A DNA stretch of 32,845 nt, counting the filler, from Tricharina praecox (lineage: Eukaryota), in NCBI RefSeq assembly GCF_024521635.1. It is 7 parts of 7 records of this genome, joined end to end, with 100 filler letters (N's around TTAATTAATTAA, not from the genome) between each part and the next. Parts side by side here need not be neighbours in the genome. Positions count along the whole stretch, not along the records: positions 6,674 to 12,941 come from NW_026250494.1; positions 13,042 to 17,613 come from NW_026250496.1; positions 17,714 to 21,772 come from NW_026250497.1; 4 more parts are not named here. One strand, 5' to 3'. A model generated the notes under the pieces. It made no database searches, was not told the origin of the DNA, and worked only from the letters and a program-made list of their open reading frames with translations. The position numbers and the translations under genes are program-made. Position 1 is the first letter of the stretch. The number at the start of each line of letters is the position of its first letter. This document shows, in pieces, positions 10,825-20,732 of the stretch.

Positions 10825-11327
10825 GACTGCCCTTGGTTGTCGCCACAATTCTGGTTGCAATTGTGGTATGGGTGGTCGGGGGTCAGGGTTCCAGGTTGCT
10901 CGTGCGTCAGCTGTGCAGCTGCGGCACGAAAAGGGTTCCGATTCTTGTTCGGGCAGTGTCGGGCCATGTGGCCACTGCCTCCACAGTATAGGCAGCGACC
11001 CTCGCGGAGACGCGCAGCTCGTTCTTGATCAGAGATCTTGCGACTGTTCGCGCTGAGGTCCATAGCCCCTGGGGCTGTTCCGGTTGCAGTGGTTGCCGGT
11101 GGTGTACTGTTATCCGTTTGATTCCTCGGCGGAGCTGGGGGTTGCGAGGTGGGGTTTTGTCGCTGGGGGTTGCGGCCGCCTTCACGGAGTTGGAGGGCAC
11201 GTAGCTCGGAATCGAGGCTCTGGCAGAGAGCCACGAACTGGTTGTAGGTCAGTCCCTGAGTGCGGCCCACCAGTTGTCGGTGGAGCTCGATGGAGACTCC
11301 TTCGCGGAGTGCGTCGAGTTTGGCATG
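10812..11327 (-). pseudogene. gag: 3' part of A2 gag
   Basis: HAKLDALREG...CLYCGGSGHMARHC...QSGKA*; cut by the LTR ending at 11328. Confidence 0.9.
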
Positions 11328-11837
11328 TGTAACGGCACGGTCGGGCAAGGCTCCAGGTAGCGAAGTCGGGCTCGGAATCGGGTTCTAGGTTCGGCAGAGA
11401 CAAGACAGGTTCAGAGGACAAGGTGAGGCAGGGCTCAGTGCGGACGGCAACTGAGAACAGAGACAGGGACAAGGACTACGGCGCAGACGGCAGCCGAGGC
11501 AAGGACAGAGGTAACAGTGATTGAATTAACAAGTTGTTGCGTGAAGAACTAAGTACAGAGGGGCAACGGCCCGTTTATATAGGAAACCCTCCACTTCTTC
11601 TCGCAACCTGACAATAACTGTGGGCGTGTGCCAGACCCTGAGAAATCCACCTTGCCAGTACCCCGCTTCCGTGACTCATACCCTGCGCAGCCGCACTACC
11701 CCTGCTTACTGCACACAGCCCCAATTCCTCCGGCTCATTCCTGCATTGCCGCCCGCGGAGCCCCTTGCACTGCCCCCGCGCTGCCTTCCCACCCCTGTTC
11801 CGACTCTTCCTCGAACGTCCCGTCGCCAGCCGTGACA
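11328..11837 (-). mobile_element. Complete family-A solo LTR (510 bp) with non-matching flanks
   Basis: TGTAACGG at 11328 to CCGTGACA at 11837; flanks GCATG versus GGTAT; no PBS or PPT. Confidence 0.92.
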
Positions 11838-12192
11838 GGTATGAGTCACGGAAGTGGGGTACTGGCAAGGTAGATTTCTCAGAGTCTGGCACACGCCCAT
11901 GGTCATTGTCAGGTTACGGGAAGAAGTGGAGGATTTCCTATATAAACGGGCCGTTGCCCCTCTGTATTTAGTTCTTTACGCAACAACTTGTTAATTCGAC
12001 CACTGTTACCTCTGTCCTTGGCTCGGCTGCCGTCTGCGCCGTAGTCCTTGTCCCTGCCTCTGTTCTCAGTTGCCGTCTGCACTGAGCCCTGCCTCACCTT
12101 GTCCCCTGAACCCATCTTGCCTCTGCCGGACCCAGAACCCGATCCCCAGCCCAGCTTCGCTACCTGAAGCCTTGCCCGACCGTGCCGTTACA
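11838..12192 (+). mobile_element. 3' portion of a family-A LTR
   Basis: Matches ~584-938 and ends CCGTTACA; followed by family-B pol rather than a PBS. Confidence 0.92.
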
Positions 12193-12702
12193 ACCGCGGC
12201 GCCTCCCACGAGAGCACAGATTCCACCTTGTCCTTAGCCATCTCAATTCCATCTTGGGATATCATGTATCCTCGGAACTCGACTCTCCCTGTTGACCCGA
12301 CACACTTCTCTGGTGAGATTGCCAGCTTATTGTCTTTCAACCTCTTTAGTACCTCGATGACTATCTTGTCATGCTCTTCCTGCGTTTTCGCACAGATGAG
12401 TATGTCATCGATGTAGGCGAGCAGCCCCAGGTCCAACGTATCCTGAAGTATATGGTTAATCATGTCCTGGAACGTTGCTGGAGCGTTGGTCAGCCCAAAC
12501 AGCATGACCAACTACTCGAATAGTCTGTATTGACAGCGGAAAGTCGTCTTCCACTCGTCACCTTCCTTGATGCGAATAAGGTCATAGCCATTGTTCAGAT
12601 CAATTACAATGAAGACTTTCGCACCTCTGACTCGGTCTTGCAACTCTGCCATGGTCTGGAGTGGGTAGCGATTGGCTACGGTAATCTTCTTGATACCGCG
12701 AT
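12193..12702 (-). pseudogene. pol: Family-B reverse transcriptase fragment
   Basis: FGLTNAPATFQ...AYIDDILI...SWEAPR; near-identical to 25955-26111 where they overlap. Confidence 0.9.
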
Positions 12703-12813
12703 TGTCACAGTTCAGTTATCCTGGCCTTAAGTCGCTACTGGGATGATGGCCTTCAGCCATCAAAATACCTTTTGGTCGAGTGGTATAGTACTTTCCCAGT
12801 GTACTTTATTACA
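12703..12813 (+). mobile_element. 111-bp TG...CA mini-element, copy 2
   Basis: 4 differences from copy 1; flanks GCGAT/ATTAG do not match. Confidence 0.92.
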
Positions 12814-12941
12814 ATTAGGTACTAGGTTCGGCAGAGGCAAGACAGGTGAGCAGGACAAGGCAAGGCAGGGCTCAGTGCGCAAGGCAACTGAGAATAGAGG
12901 CAGGGACAAGGGCTGGGGCGCAGAAGGCAGCCGAGGCAAGG
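12814..12941 (-). mobile_element. Diverged family-A LTR fragment (U5 region)
   Basis: Aligns to ~11377-11503. Confidence 0.85.
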
Positions 12942-13041
12942 NNNNNNNNNNNNNNNNNNNNNNNNNNNNNNNNNNNNNNNNNNNNTTAATTAATTAANNN
13001 NNNNNNNNNNNNNNNNNNNNNNNNNNNNNNNNNNNNNNNNN
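12942..13041. other. Artificial contig spacer
   Basis: 44 N + TTAATTAATTAA + 44 N. Confidence 0.99.
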
Positions 13042-13406
13042 CCCAAGATAGATCGGAGTTTCCGAGCAATTATCTCCCTCATGCGCCGGCAGAGTTCTTC
13101 GCTCGAAGTTGTCTGCCCCCATCGGTCGATGTTCGATTCTCTCGTCATAACAGTTTTTTCCTGGATCGGAGTTCCTACTGCGGGGCCCTATGATCGGAGA
13201 TCTCAAAGTCCTCTGGACTGTTATCCCGATCTCCCGCATCTCCGATCACTGTCTAGACTCTGGAATCCGTTTGCTCCCTCCTTCCTATCTTGTCCCTGAT
13301 CGCTTCTAACTATCCTTTCGGCTCGCAACTCTATTCTAATCACCCGAATTATCTAATCACATCTCTTGCGACCGTCGTGTCCTCCGATAGCTATCGGGGT
13401 GTCACA
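13042..13406 (-). mobile_element. 5' half of a family-B LTR (contig-truncated)
   Basis: Reverse complement of 16772-17136; begins TGTGACACCCCGATAG. Confidence 0.93.
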
Positions 13407-13468
13407 TCGTAGGCGTGGGTTCCAATTGTCCGAATCACGCGGTAGGGACCATGGAGTTTGTTTTCCAG
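13407..13468 (-). pseudogene. 62-bp remnant of family-A integrase (GPY region)
   Basis: Reverse complement matches ~5610-5671 (LENKxHGPYRVIRTIGTHAY). Confidence 0.88.
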
Positions 13469-14017
13469 TGTCACGGCTCACCACGGAATGTTTGAGGAAG
13501 AGTCGGAATAGGGGTCGGAAGGCAGCGCAGGGGCTGCGCAGGGGGCTGCGCAGGCGGCAATGCAGGAATGAGTCGGAGGAATTGGGGCTGTGTGTTGGAG
13601 ACAGGGGTAGCGCGGCAGCGCAGGCTGTGAGTCACTGGAGCGGGGTATCGGCGAGGAGGATTTCTCAGGGTCTGGCACACGCCCACGGTCATTGTCAGGT
13701 TGCGGGAAGAAGTGGAGGATTTCCTATATAAACGGGCCGACGCCCCCCTGTAATTAGTTCCTCACACAACAACTTGTTAATTCAACCACTGTTACCTCTG
13801 TCCTTGCCTCGGCTGCCGTCTGCGCCGTAGTCCTTGTCCCCGCCTCTGTCCTCAGTTGCCGTCTGCACTCCGCCCTGCCTCACCTTGTCCCCTGAACCTG
13901 TCTTGCCTCTGCCGTACCCAGAACCCGATCCCCAGCCCGCCTTCGCTACCTGGAGCCTTGCCCGACCGTGCCGTTACACTTTGTTGTGTCGCCCATCTCT
14001 CCACCTAGCGAAAAACC

Positions 14018-15220
14018 ATGGCTACTAACACCCCAGCACCAGACCTTCCCCAGCAGGAGGAAGTACCGATGGCACCACCCTACTACCGAGAAATTCCCGC
14101 CGCCATCTACGAACAACTCGAAATCATCGTCAACCATGATACACCTGCCGACAATGCGACCCTGATAGGGTTGTATAACCAATTCCAAATCATCGCACGC
14201 GCAATTACCCAGTCCCCCACAGCAGCACCAACCTGGCAAGTAGACGACCTCGAAGAACAACTCGCCAACTCCCGTCGCATCGCTAACCGGCTTGCCACCC
14301 TGGAAACTCAACCCCAGGGCCGTGCAGAACGTGTCCCGGAACCTGCCATGTTCGACGGCACCAGGGAAAAGCTTGAGGGATTTGTGGCCCAACTCCGACT
14401 CAAGCTATATAGCGACCCCACCCGTTTCCCGTCACCAGCACTCAGAATGGCGTGCACCTTCAACCGCCTTGAAGGGCACGCCCAAGCCCAGATCCTCCCC
14501 TACATCCGGAACACCATCATCAGCCTGACCGACGCCGATGCAATGATCACCATCCTCGAGAACGCCTTTGGCGACCCTGATCCAGCCGCTACAGCCCGAG
14601 CCGAACTCCACCACCTGAAACAAGGAAACAAGGACTTCACATCCTATTTCGCGGAGTTCCAGCGACTGGTGTCCAAGCTGAACTGGGACGAGCACGCAAA
14701 GCTCGACGCGTTGCGCGAGGGTGTTTCTATTGAACTCCACCGGCAACTCGTGGGCCGCACCCATGGGTTGACCTACAACCAGTTTGTGGCACTATACCAA
14801 AGCTTGGACTCAGAGTTGCGCGCCCTCCAGCTGCGTGAAGGACGTCGCAATGCGAACAAACCACACAACTCCTCCCCGCCGGCCAACCAAACCCAAACCC
14901 AGCCCCGTCAGCAGCCTCAGAACCTTGTCCCCCACTCCACGAACACGACACCGGCACCCCCGGGGCCCATGGAGCTTAGCGCGAACAGTCGGAAAATCTC
15001 TGACCAAGAGCGTGCAGCCCGGCTCCGTGAAGGACGTTGCCTGTACTGCGGAGGCAGTGGCCATATGGCCGGGCACTGCCCCAACAAGAACTGCAACCCT
15101 TTCCGCATTGCGGCAGCACAGCTGGGCCCTGACCAGCCTGGAACTCCGACCCCCGACCATCCCTACCACAACTGCAACCAGAACTGTGGCGACAACCAGG
15201 GACAGTCGGGCAAAGCCTAG
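14018..15220 (+). CDS. gag: Gag of A3 (intact 400-aa ORF)
   Basis: Retrotransposon Gag capsid-like region, PMELS motif, CLYCGGSGHMAGHC knuckle. Confidence 0.93.
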   Translation: MATNTPAPDLPQQEEVPMAPPYYREIPAAIYEQLEIIVNHDTPADNATLIGLYNQFQIIARAITQSPTAAPTWQVDDLEEQLANSRRIANRLATLETQPQGRAERVPEPAMFDGTREKLEGFVAQLRLKLYSDPTRFPSPALRMACTFNRLEGHAQAQILPYIRNTIISLTDADAMITILENAFGDPDPAATARAELHHLKQGNKDFTSYFAEFQRLVSKLNWDEHAKLDALREGVSIELHRQLVGRTHGLTYNQFVALYQSLDSELRALQLREGRRNANKPHNSSPPANQTQTQPRQQPQNLVPHSTNTTPAPPGPMELSANSRKISDQERAARLREGRCLYCGGSGHMAGHCPNKNCNPFRIAAAQLGPDQPGTPTPDHPYHNCNQNCGDNQGQSGKA

Positions 15221-16500
15221 ACCAACAACCGCTTGATGGCACTGATGTTGGTCGTACCCAGGATAAGTCTTTTTCTCTCTTTTCTACTCATTTTCGTTTG
15301 TCCAATTTGTCAGTGTCTGGATGGTGGTGGAGGAATCATCAATGGAAGGAAAACATCTCGTTGTACTATGTAACCTTTCGTTTGGTGACAAAACCATTGA
15401 CACGCATGCGCTGATCGATTGTGGAGCAACCGGAATCGCCTTTGTAGATAACGACTTCGCCCGCCATCACAACCTACCCCTCGTACCCCTAGAATTCCCG
15501 CGCGCCCTTGAGGTCATCGACAGCCGCCCCATCGAGTCTGGCGGCATCACACACGTCGCCACCACTACCCTGTCAATCCAAGAGCACCACGAAGAACTCC
15601 CCATGTTCGTCACCAAGCTGGGGCACTACCCAATCGTACTCGGAATTCCCTGGATGGACCTACACGGCGTGGCCATCCGATTCAGCTCCCGCACCCTCAC
15701 CTTTGGTTCCCAATATTGCACTGCATACTGCAATACGGTACCGACAGTAGCCCACGGTATCACCACAGACCCACCAGAACTACCCTACGCTCTCGCACCA
15801 AACGTAGCTCTGGAAGAGCCAGCGGAAAGCGCGGGGGCCGGCGACATCGTGGCCCGATGCATTACGTCTCCCCAGATCAAAGAGCACCAGCAGGATGATA
15901 ACCAGAGAAAACCCACGGTCAGAAACTCAGCCCTCCGAATAAAGCCCTTCCAGCAGATGGCGGAAAAGGAGAACCTCACCATCTTCGCCACGACCCTGAC
16001 GGAGATTGATGAAGCTCTATCCGGAGAGAAACAGAGCTCAACCGCCCACATTGCCCCCGAATACCACGAATTTCTCCATCTCTTCTCTGAGAGGTTGGCG
16101 CAGAAGCTACCACCCCGCCGGCAATACGGCCACAAGATTCCACTAAAAGAAGGATTTGTGCCCCCTTACGGACCCCTCTATTCGCTCTCGAAAACCGAGT
16201 TGATCGCACTCAAGCAATGGCTTGACGACAATCTGAGCAAGGGATTCATCCGTGCCTCCTCATCACCAGCGGCATCACCGATCCTGTTTGTCAAAAAATC
16301 GGACGGCTCCCTGCGGCTGTGTGTGGACTATCGAGGCCTGAACGAAGGAACCATCAAGAACCACTACCCACTTCCCCTTCTCCAGGAAACCCTGATGCGA
16401 CTATGCGGTGCAAAGTATTTCACAACACTGGACATCCGCGGTGCTTACAATCTGGTACGAATGGCAGAAGGGGAGGAATGGAAAACGGCCTTCCGGACCC
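15208..16500 (+). pseudogene. pol: Truncated pol of A3 (protease + N-terminal RT)
   Basis: LIDCGA, RLCVDYRGLN; slippery site altered to GGGCAAA; apparent 1-nt loss near 15320; ends before the catalytic DD. Confidence 0.9.
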
Positions 16501-17492
16501 TCTACGAAAGGTGATAAGAAGGATTGGCAATGGACGCCCGAGATGCAGAAATCCTTTGACGATCTGAAGAAACGCTTCACTACCGCTCCGATACTGGCCC
16601 ACTTCCAGCCCAATGAACCAGTTATCGTTAAAACAGACGCATCGGATTTTGCCCTCGGTGCCGTCCTATCCCAGAAGGATGAAGACGGAAGACTGCACCC
16701 TGTCACCTACCATTCGAGGAAATTCTCTCCCGCGGAAATCAACTACGAAATCCACGACAAAGAGCTACTCGTGTGACACCCCGATAGGTATCGGAGGTCA
16801 CGACGGTCGCAAGAGTTGTGATTAGATAGTTCGGGTGATTAGAATAGAGTTGCGAGCCGAAAGGATAGTTAGAAGCGATCAGGGACAAGATAGGAAGGAG
16901 GGAGCAAACGGATTCCAGAGTCTAGACAGTGATCGGAGATGCGGGAGATCGGGATAACAGTCCAGAGGACTTTGAGATCTCCGATCATAGGGCCCCGCAG
17001 TAGGAACTCCGATCCAGGAAAAAACTGTTATGACGAGAGAATCGAACATCGACCGATGGGGGCAGACAACTTCGAGCGAAGAACTCTGCCGGCGCATGAG
17101 GGAGATAATTGCTCGGAAACTCCGATCTATCTTGGGCGCGTGGTGTTTACCACCTGCCTAGTCGAGAAGACTATCCGAAGAGAGCTGACGACGACTCAAG
17201 GCTAGGCCGCGGAACTCCGATGCAAAGGAAGCAACGGAGCTACGTTAGGCCGCACTCTAGAGGAATCACGTGCTGAGGATTGGGACGACTATAAAGTCGA
17301 ACCGAGCGGGCAACCGAACAAACTACAATCATCGCACCGAACAAACCATCGAACAAACACCCTTAAGATTATTCCGTTGTGAATTGTCGAAATCCCTGAC
17401 TTTTATTCTATCCTCGATATCACCATAGACTCCGACGACACCAACCCGTCCCAGTCTCACAACTCGCCATTGTCGATGCTTTCAAGCACTGG
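16501..17492 (+). pseudogene. pol: Family-B-type (B2) RT connection/RNase H fragment, interrupted by a solo LTR
   Basis: [20 protein letters not shown]...KTDASD...YEIHDKELL, resuming AIVDAFKHW after 17466; paralogous to 29267-29400. Confidence 0.9.
16772..17461 (+). mobile_element. Family-B solo LTR (690 bp)
   Basis: TGTGACAC...GTCTCACA with perfect TSD ACTCG (16767-16771, 17462-17466). Confidence 0.96.
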
Positions 17493-17613
17493 GGTTAGGG
17501 TTAGGGTTAGGGTTAGGGTTAGGGTTAGGGTTAGGGTTAGGGTTAGGGTTAGGGTTAGGGTTAGGGTTAGGGTTAGGGTTAGGGTTAGGGTTAGGGTTAG
17601 GGTTAGGTTAGGG
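17492..17613 (+). repeat. Telomeric (TTAGGG)n tract at contig end
   Basis: About 20 units, one TTAGG variant; G-rich strand runs toward the contig end. Confidence 0.95.
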
Positions 17614-17713
17614 NNNNNNNNNNNNNNNNNNNNNNNNNNNNNNNNNNNNNNNNNNNNTTAATTAATTAANNNNNNNNNNNNNNNNNNNNNNNNNNNNNNN
17701 NNNNNNNNNNNNN
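17614..17713. other. Artificial contig spacer
   Basis: 44 N + TTAATTAATTAA + 44 N. Confidence 0.99.
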
Positions 17714-18301
17714 AGGAACTCGAGTTTCGTAAGACACTCTGGTGCTTTTCTGTGCCAACCTCCAAGATCTCCGTCCAGTATCCATGCATTATTCCATCAT
17801 CCGAGTACCAACCCCAACCCCAACCGCAACCCCGAATTCCCAGGCCGGTGGTCTTCTCGGGTTCGTCAGTATTAGCTCCACTATATATTCTACCAGCGGA
17901 GGGGCTGGGAATCTTGGCGGCGAGGGTCATACGGGCGCAAAGTGTTTCGGGTAACACTTTCCCCTTTGGGTAGCCGGACCGAGAGACGGATGTACCCGCG
18001 TGAAATTGCTCGATATATATCCGAGGAAATATGTATGCATCCCGCAGCCTGCCGATGTACTACCCAGCTGGCTTTGTGGCTGTCACCAGTTTCATCTCAG
18101 ACGTGTAGGTAATGCTTGGAGATTGGCTCGCGTGAGTTGCGAGTAGATGGTGGTTTAACCGAGGATTGAGGCTCACGTCACGTGAGACTCCTGAGAGAAG
18201 CCTGGATCTGGTGCGCGACAACTTCCAGTGCCTGGCCTGAAACTAGAGTGGTTACTATGGAGAACTTGCTGCTACCAGATATCGGAGGCTACGCCTGGGA
18301 A

Positions 18302-18727
18302 AAGCAACGAGCAGCCAATCGGAACGTTTTTAACACGGAATTTCCCGCAACCACTGAGCCGTCCATGTCGATACGGTTCACGACTCGCCTGGTTCCTGGT
18401 ATCCGCCGATACGGTACTCCACTGTCTCATGGATCAGGCCTCACACAGTGGTAATGCACATGACCTTCAAAGTGGACGGTTCCCCGCGATTCTGGTCCAC
18501 GTAAGAATGCGCACCTTTGGTAGCGTTGTAAGCGTCGCAGAAGTTTCTTATTTCGAACCTTCCACGCGCAAATCACGGGCGCTCGCTCTCCTGTACCACC
18601 GGGCATCCGACTACGCTCCCATACTGATCGATGGGGGACGAAGTAAAACGCAATGCGAGTCACAGCTGATGAAGCAACGAGCAGCCAATCGGAACGTTTC
18701 TAACGTGGAACTTCCGGCCAAAACTGA
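18302..18727 (+). repeat. 56-bp imperfect direct repeat, 370-bp spacing
   Basis: 18302-18357 and 18672-18727; first 28 nt identical (AAGCAACGAGCAGCCAATCGGAACGTTT). Confidence 0.85.
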
Positions 18728-18904
18728 ATGCCGCGGATTTTCGGTACCCTCCCTACACCCGTCTCTCATCACAGCAAACGCTGTAACCACGAAATGGTAG
18801 GTGTTATCGGTTCTCCGCTCTCGGTCGCAGTTGCACCCCGCTGGATGTGCTCAGGTATTGCGATGCGCGGGTGCTGGACGCCATTCAAGCGCGGCACATT
18901 CGGC

Positions 18905-18973
18905 GCGTTCTCACCCGATGAGCAGCTCCTCGCATCGCGGTCGCGCGAATATACCGCTCAACTCTGGAATCCG
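18905..18973 (+). pseudogene. Single degenerate WD40 repeat (fungal NLR/HET-E type)
   Basis: AFSPDEQLLASRSREYTAQLWNP resembles AFSPDGxxLASxSxDxTVxLWD. Confidence 0.6.
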
Positions 18974-20732
18974 ACCTCCTGCCGACGACATGTGCCTGTA
19001 GTCGGAGCCCGGTGCTTCCATCCGCAGTACCCGTGGTGCCTGTTATCTTCGTCGATGAGCCCATGTAAGAGACTAGCGCAATGCTTCTCTCGTGGGCAGC
19101 TAACCTCGCCAGCTAGCACTGTGTTCACGTTTGTCTGTTGCACCGCTCATCGTAGGCGACTTAGATCGCAATGTATCACACTCGGCCCACGTTCCTTTTT
19201 TTCCACCTGCGGTTCGGTAACGGTCTGGGCCCGATACCCTTGTTGCTCCGTCCTGCGCCAACGTCTCTTTCCAGTTTCGATATCGGGATCGCAGACTTCG
19301 ATCGGCGGCTGTTGAGATCGGTCTTCGGGAGGGATCACGCCTGCGGTCAGTGATAGTACATAGCAGCCCGTGTGGACGCGTCAGCTCGTGTCGTTGGTTT
19401 AAGCTTAACGATGTGGCCGACAGGGATACCAGGGCATGGTAGCGTCATCAGATGTGGATTAATGGCCTCCTGGTTCCAATTCCGACTCAATTCGTTGCCC
19501 TAAAACGTCGCTCTCGGCTATCGTACCTTCTTCCCTCTGTGACTCACGCTTTTTTTCCCCGTACCCGGGGTGGTCAACTTATGACCGGACTACAGGAGAG
19601 AGGCAAAAACGGATGAGGAACAAAAACGTGAATGATTCGAAGAGAGTTCGATTATGATGACGACGATGATAAGAAAACAAGGACGGCAGAAATAGTCGCG
19701 GCAAAAACATCTAAGCATAGGACGACCGCATCAAGTCTTCCTTTAGAAAGATTGGCATCAGTGTCACCCCCAAGACAGCCGGTCTCACCAGGTCCCGGCA
19801 AAGTCACTCTTAGAGCCGATAGTAGGGTCCCGCTCTTCGGCAATTGGTCTCACTCAGGTCTGACGAAGCCCCGCTCCTTCGGCGCTCACCGATGATGCCA
19901 TTGAAACGCAGCCGGCAGATACAAAGAAATCAGATAGCCTCACAGATTTCACGCACACATTAGCAGCCACCTGCAGATGGCATTTAACTTGGACGACTCG
20001 AAATCCGACCAGATGCGTGGCATACGAGCCCGGAATCACGTCAACTCCATCCATAGGCAGAACCCGACTATCAAGACTCCAAGTCTCCCCTCCTTAACAC
20101 ATTATGGCATCTATTCACAATAATATTTTTCACGATTTACAAGAACGGGATCGGAGAAGTGAGTGAGAGCAAATGATCCGATGCACAAAACGTTCTGATT
20201 GATCAACACGTAGTCATGAGGATGCACTCGTTTGTGCTAGCAATTGCTACGATTGGCGATGAAATCGGATGTTCCGAGCGTGCGATCATGCACGAGATCA
20301 TCAAGCAGGTAACTTGTGTCCAATATAAGTTGTCAGCGGCACAATAGTCGAGATGAAAGTAGCGTGGAAACGGGGGGGGGGGCGGGGTGGGATGGGTGGA
20401 TATTGCGATGATCTACATCGGACGCATGCAATCTATGAATAAATAAAGAAAATCTCAGCGAGGCAGAGCAGTAAGGAGCGGAAGCTGTTTTTCTTAGAAT
20501 CTGTTTTTTTCAGGTGCGCTGTACCTCTATCGATGGGACTGGCCAGGGCGCAGGGTAGGGTAAGCCACATCGGGCTGTTCGACAAAAGTTGCGATAGAAA
20601 GTGGCGTGTAAACAGAGTATGGATATTGCTATGTTCTAGCTAGGTAGGTCGCATGGAATCAATGTTGAAACAAGATAACAGCTTCTAGAGGTACTTGATA
20701 CATGGCCCCAACAAAAAAACACTTTATGTAGA

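Larger units (their letters stand above)
6674..11327 (-). mobile_element. Family-A element, copy A2 (5' part lost, 3' LTR cut by contig end)
   Basis: 3' LTR part 6674-6860, PPT, whole pol and 3' part of gag, all homologous to A1; second U3 type. Confidence 0.95.
13469..16500 (+). mobile_element. Family-A element, copy A3 (5' LTR 13469-13978, PBS, gag, 3'-truncated pol)
   Basis: 510-bp LTR, PBS TTGTTGTGT at 13981-13989; homology to A1/A2 ends at KTAFRT. Confidence 0.95.

Noticed and set aside
12703..12813. tRNA, 5S (Cassandra-like) or SINE identity for the mini-element
   Set aside because: No cloverleaf or 5S match seen; no B-box downstream of the A-box-like motif
17470..17661. ORF with poly-(VR) repeat
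   Set aside because: Translation of the telomeric tract
17808..17833. (CAACCC)n run as a telomere variant
   Set aside because: Only ~4 imperfect units, internal, not CCCTAA
20372..20399. G-rich run with G-quadruplex potential
   Set aside because: Single low-complexity tract with no supporting context
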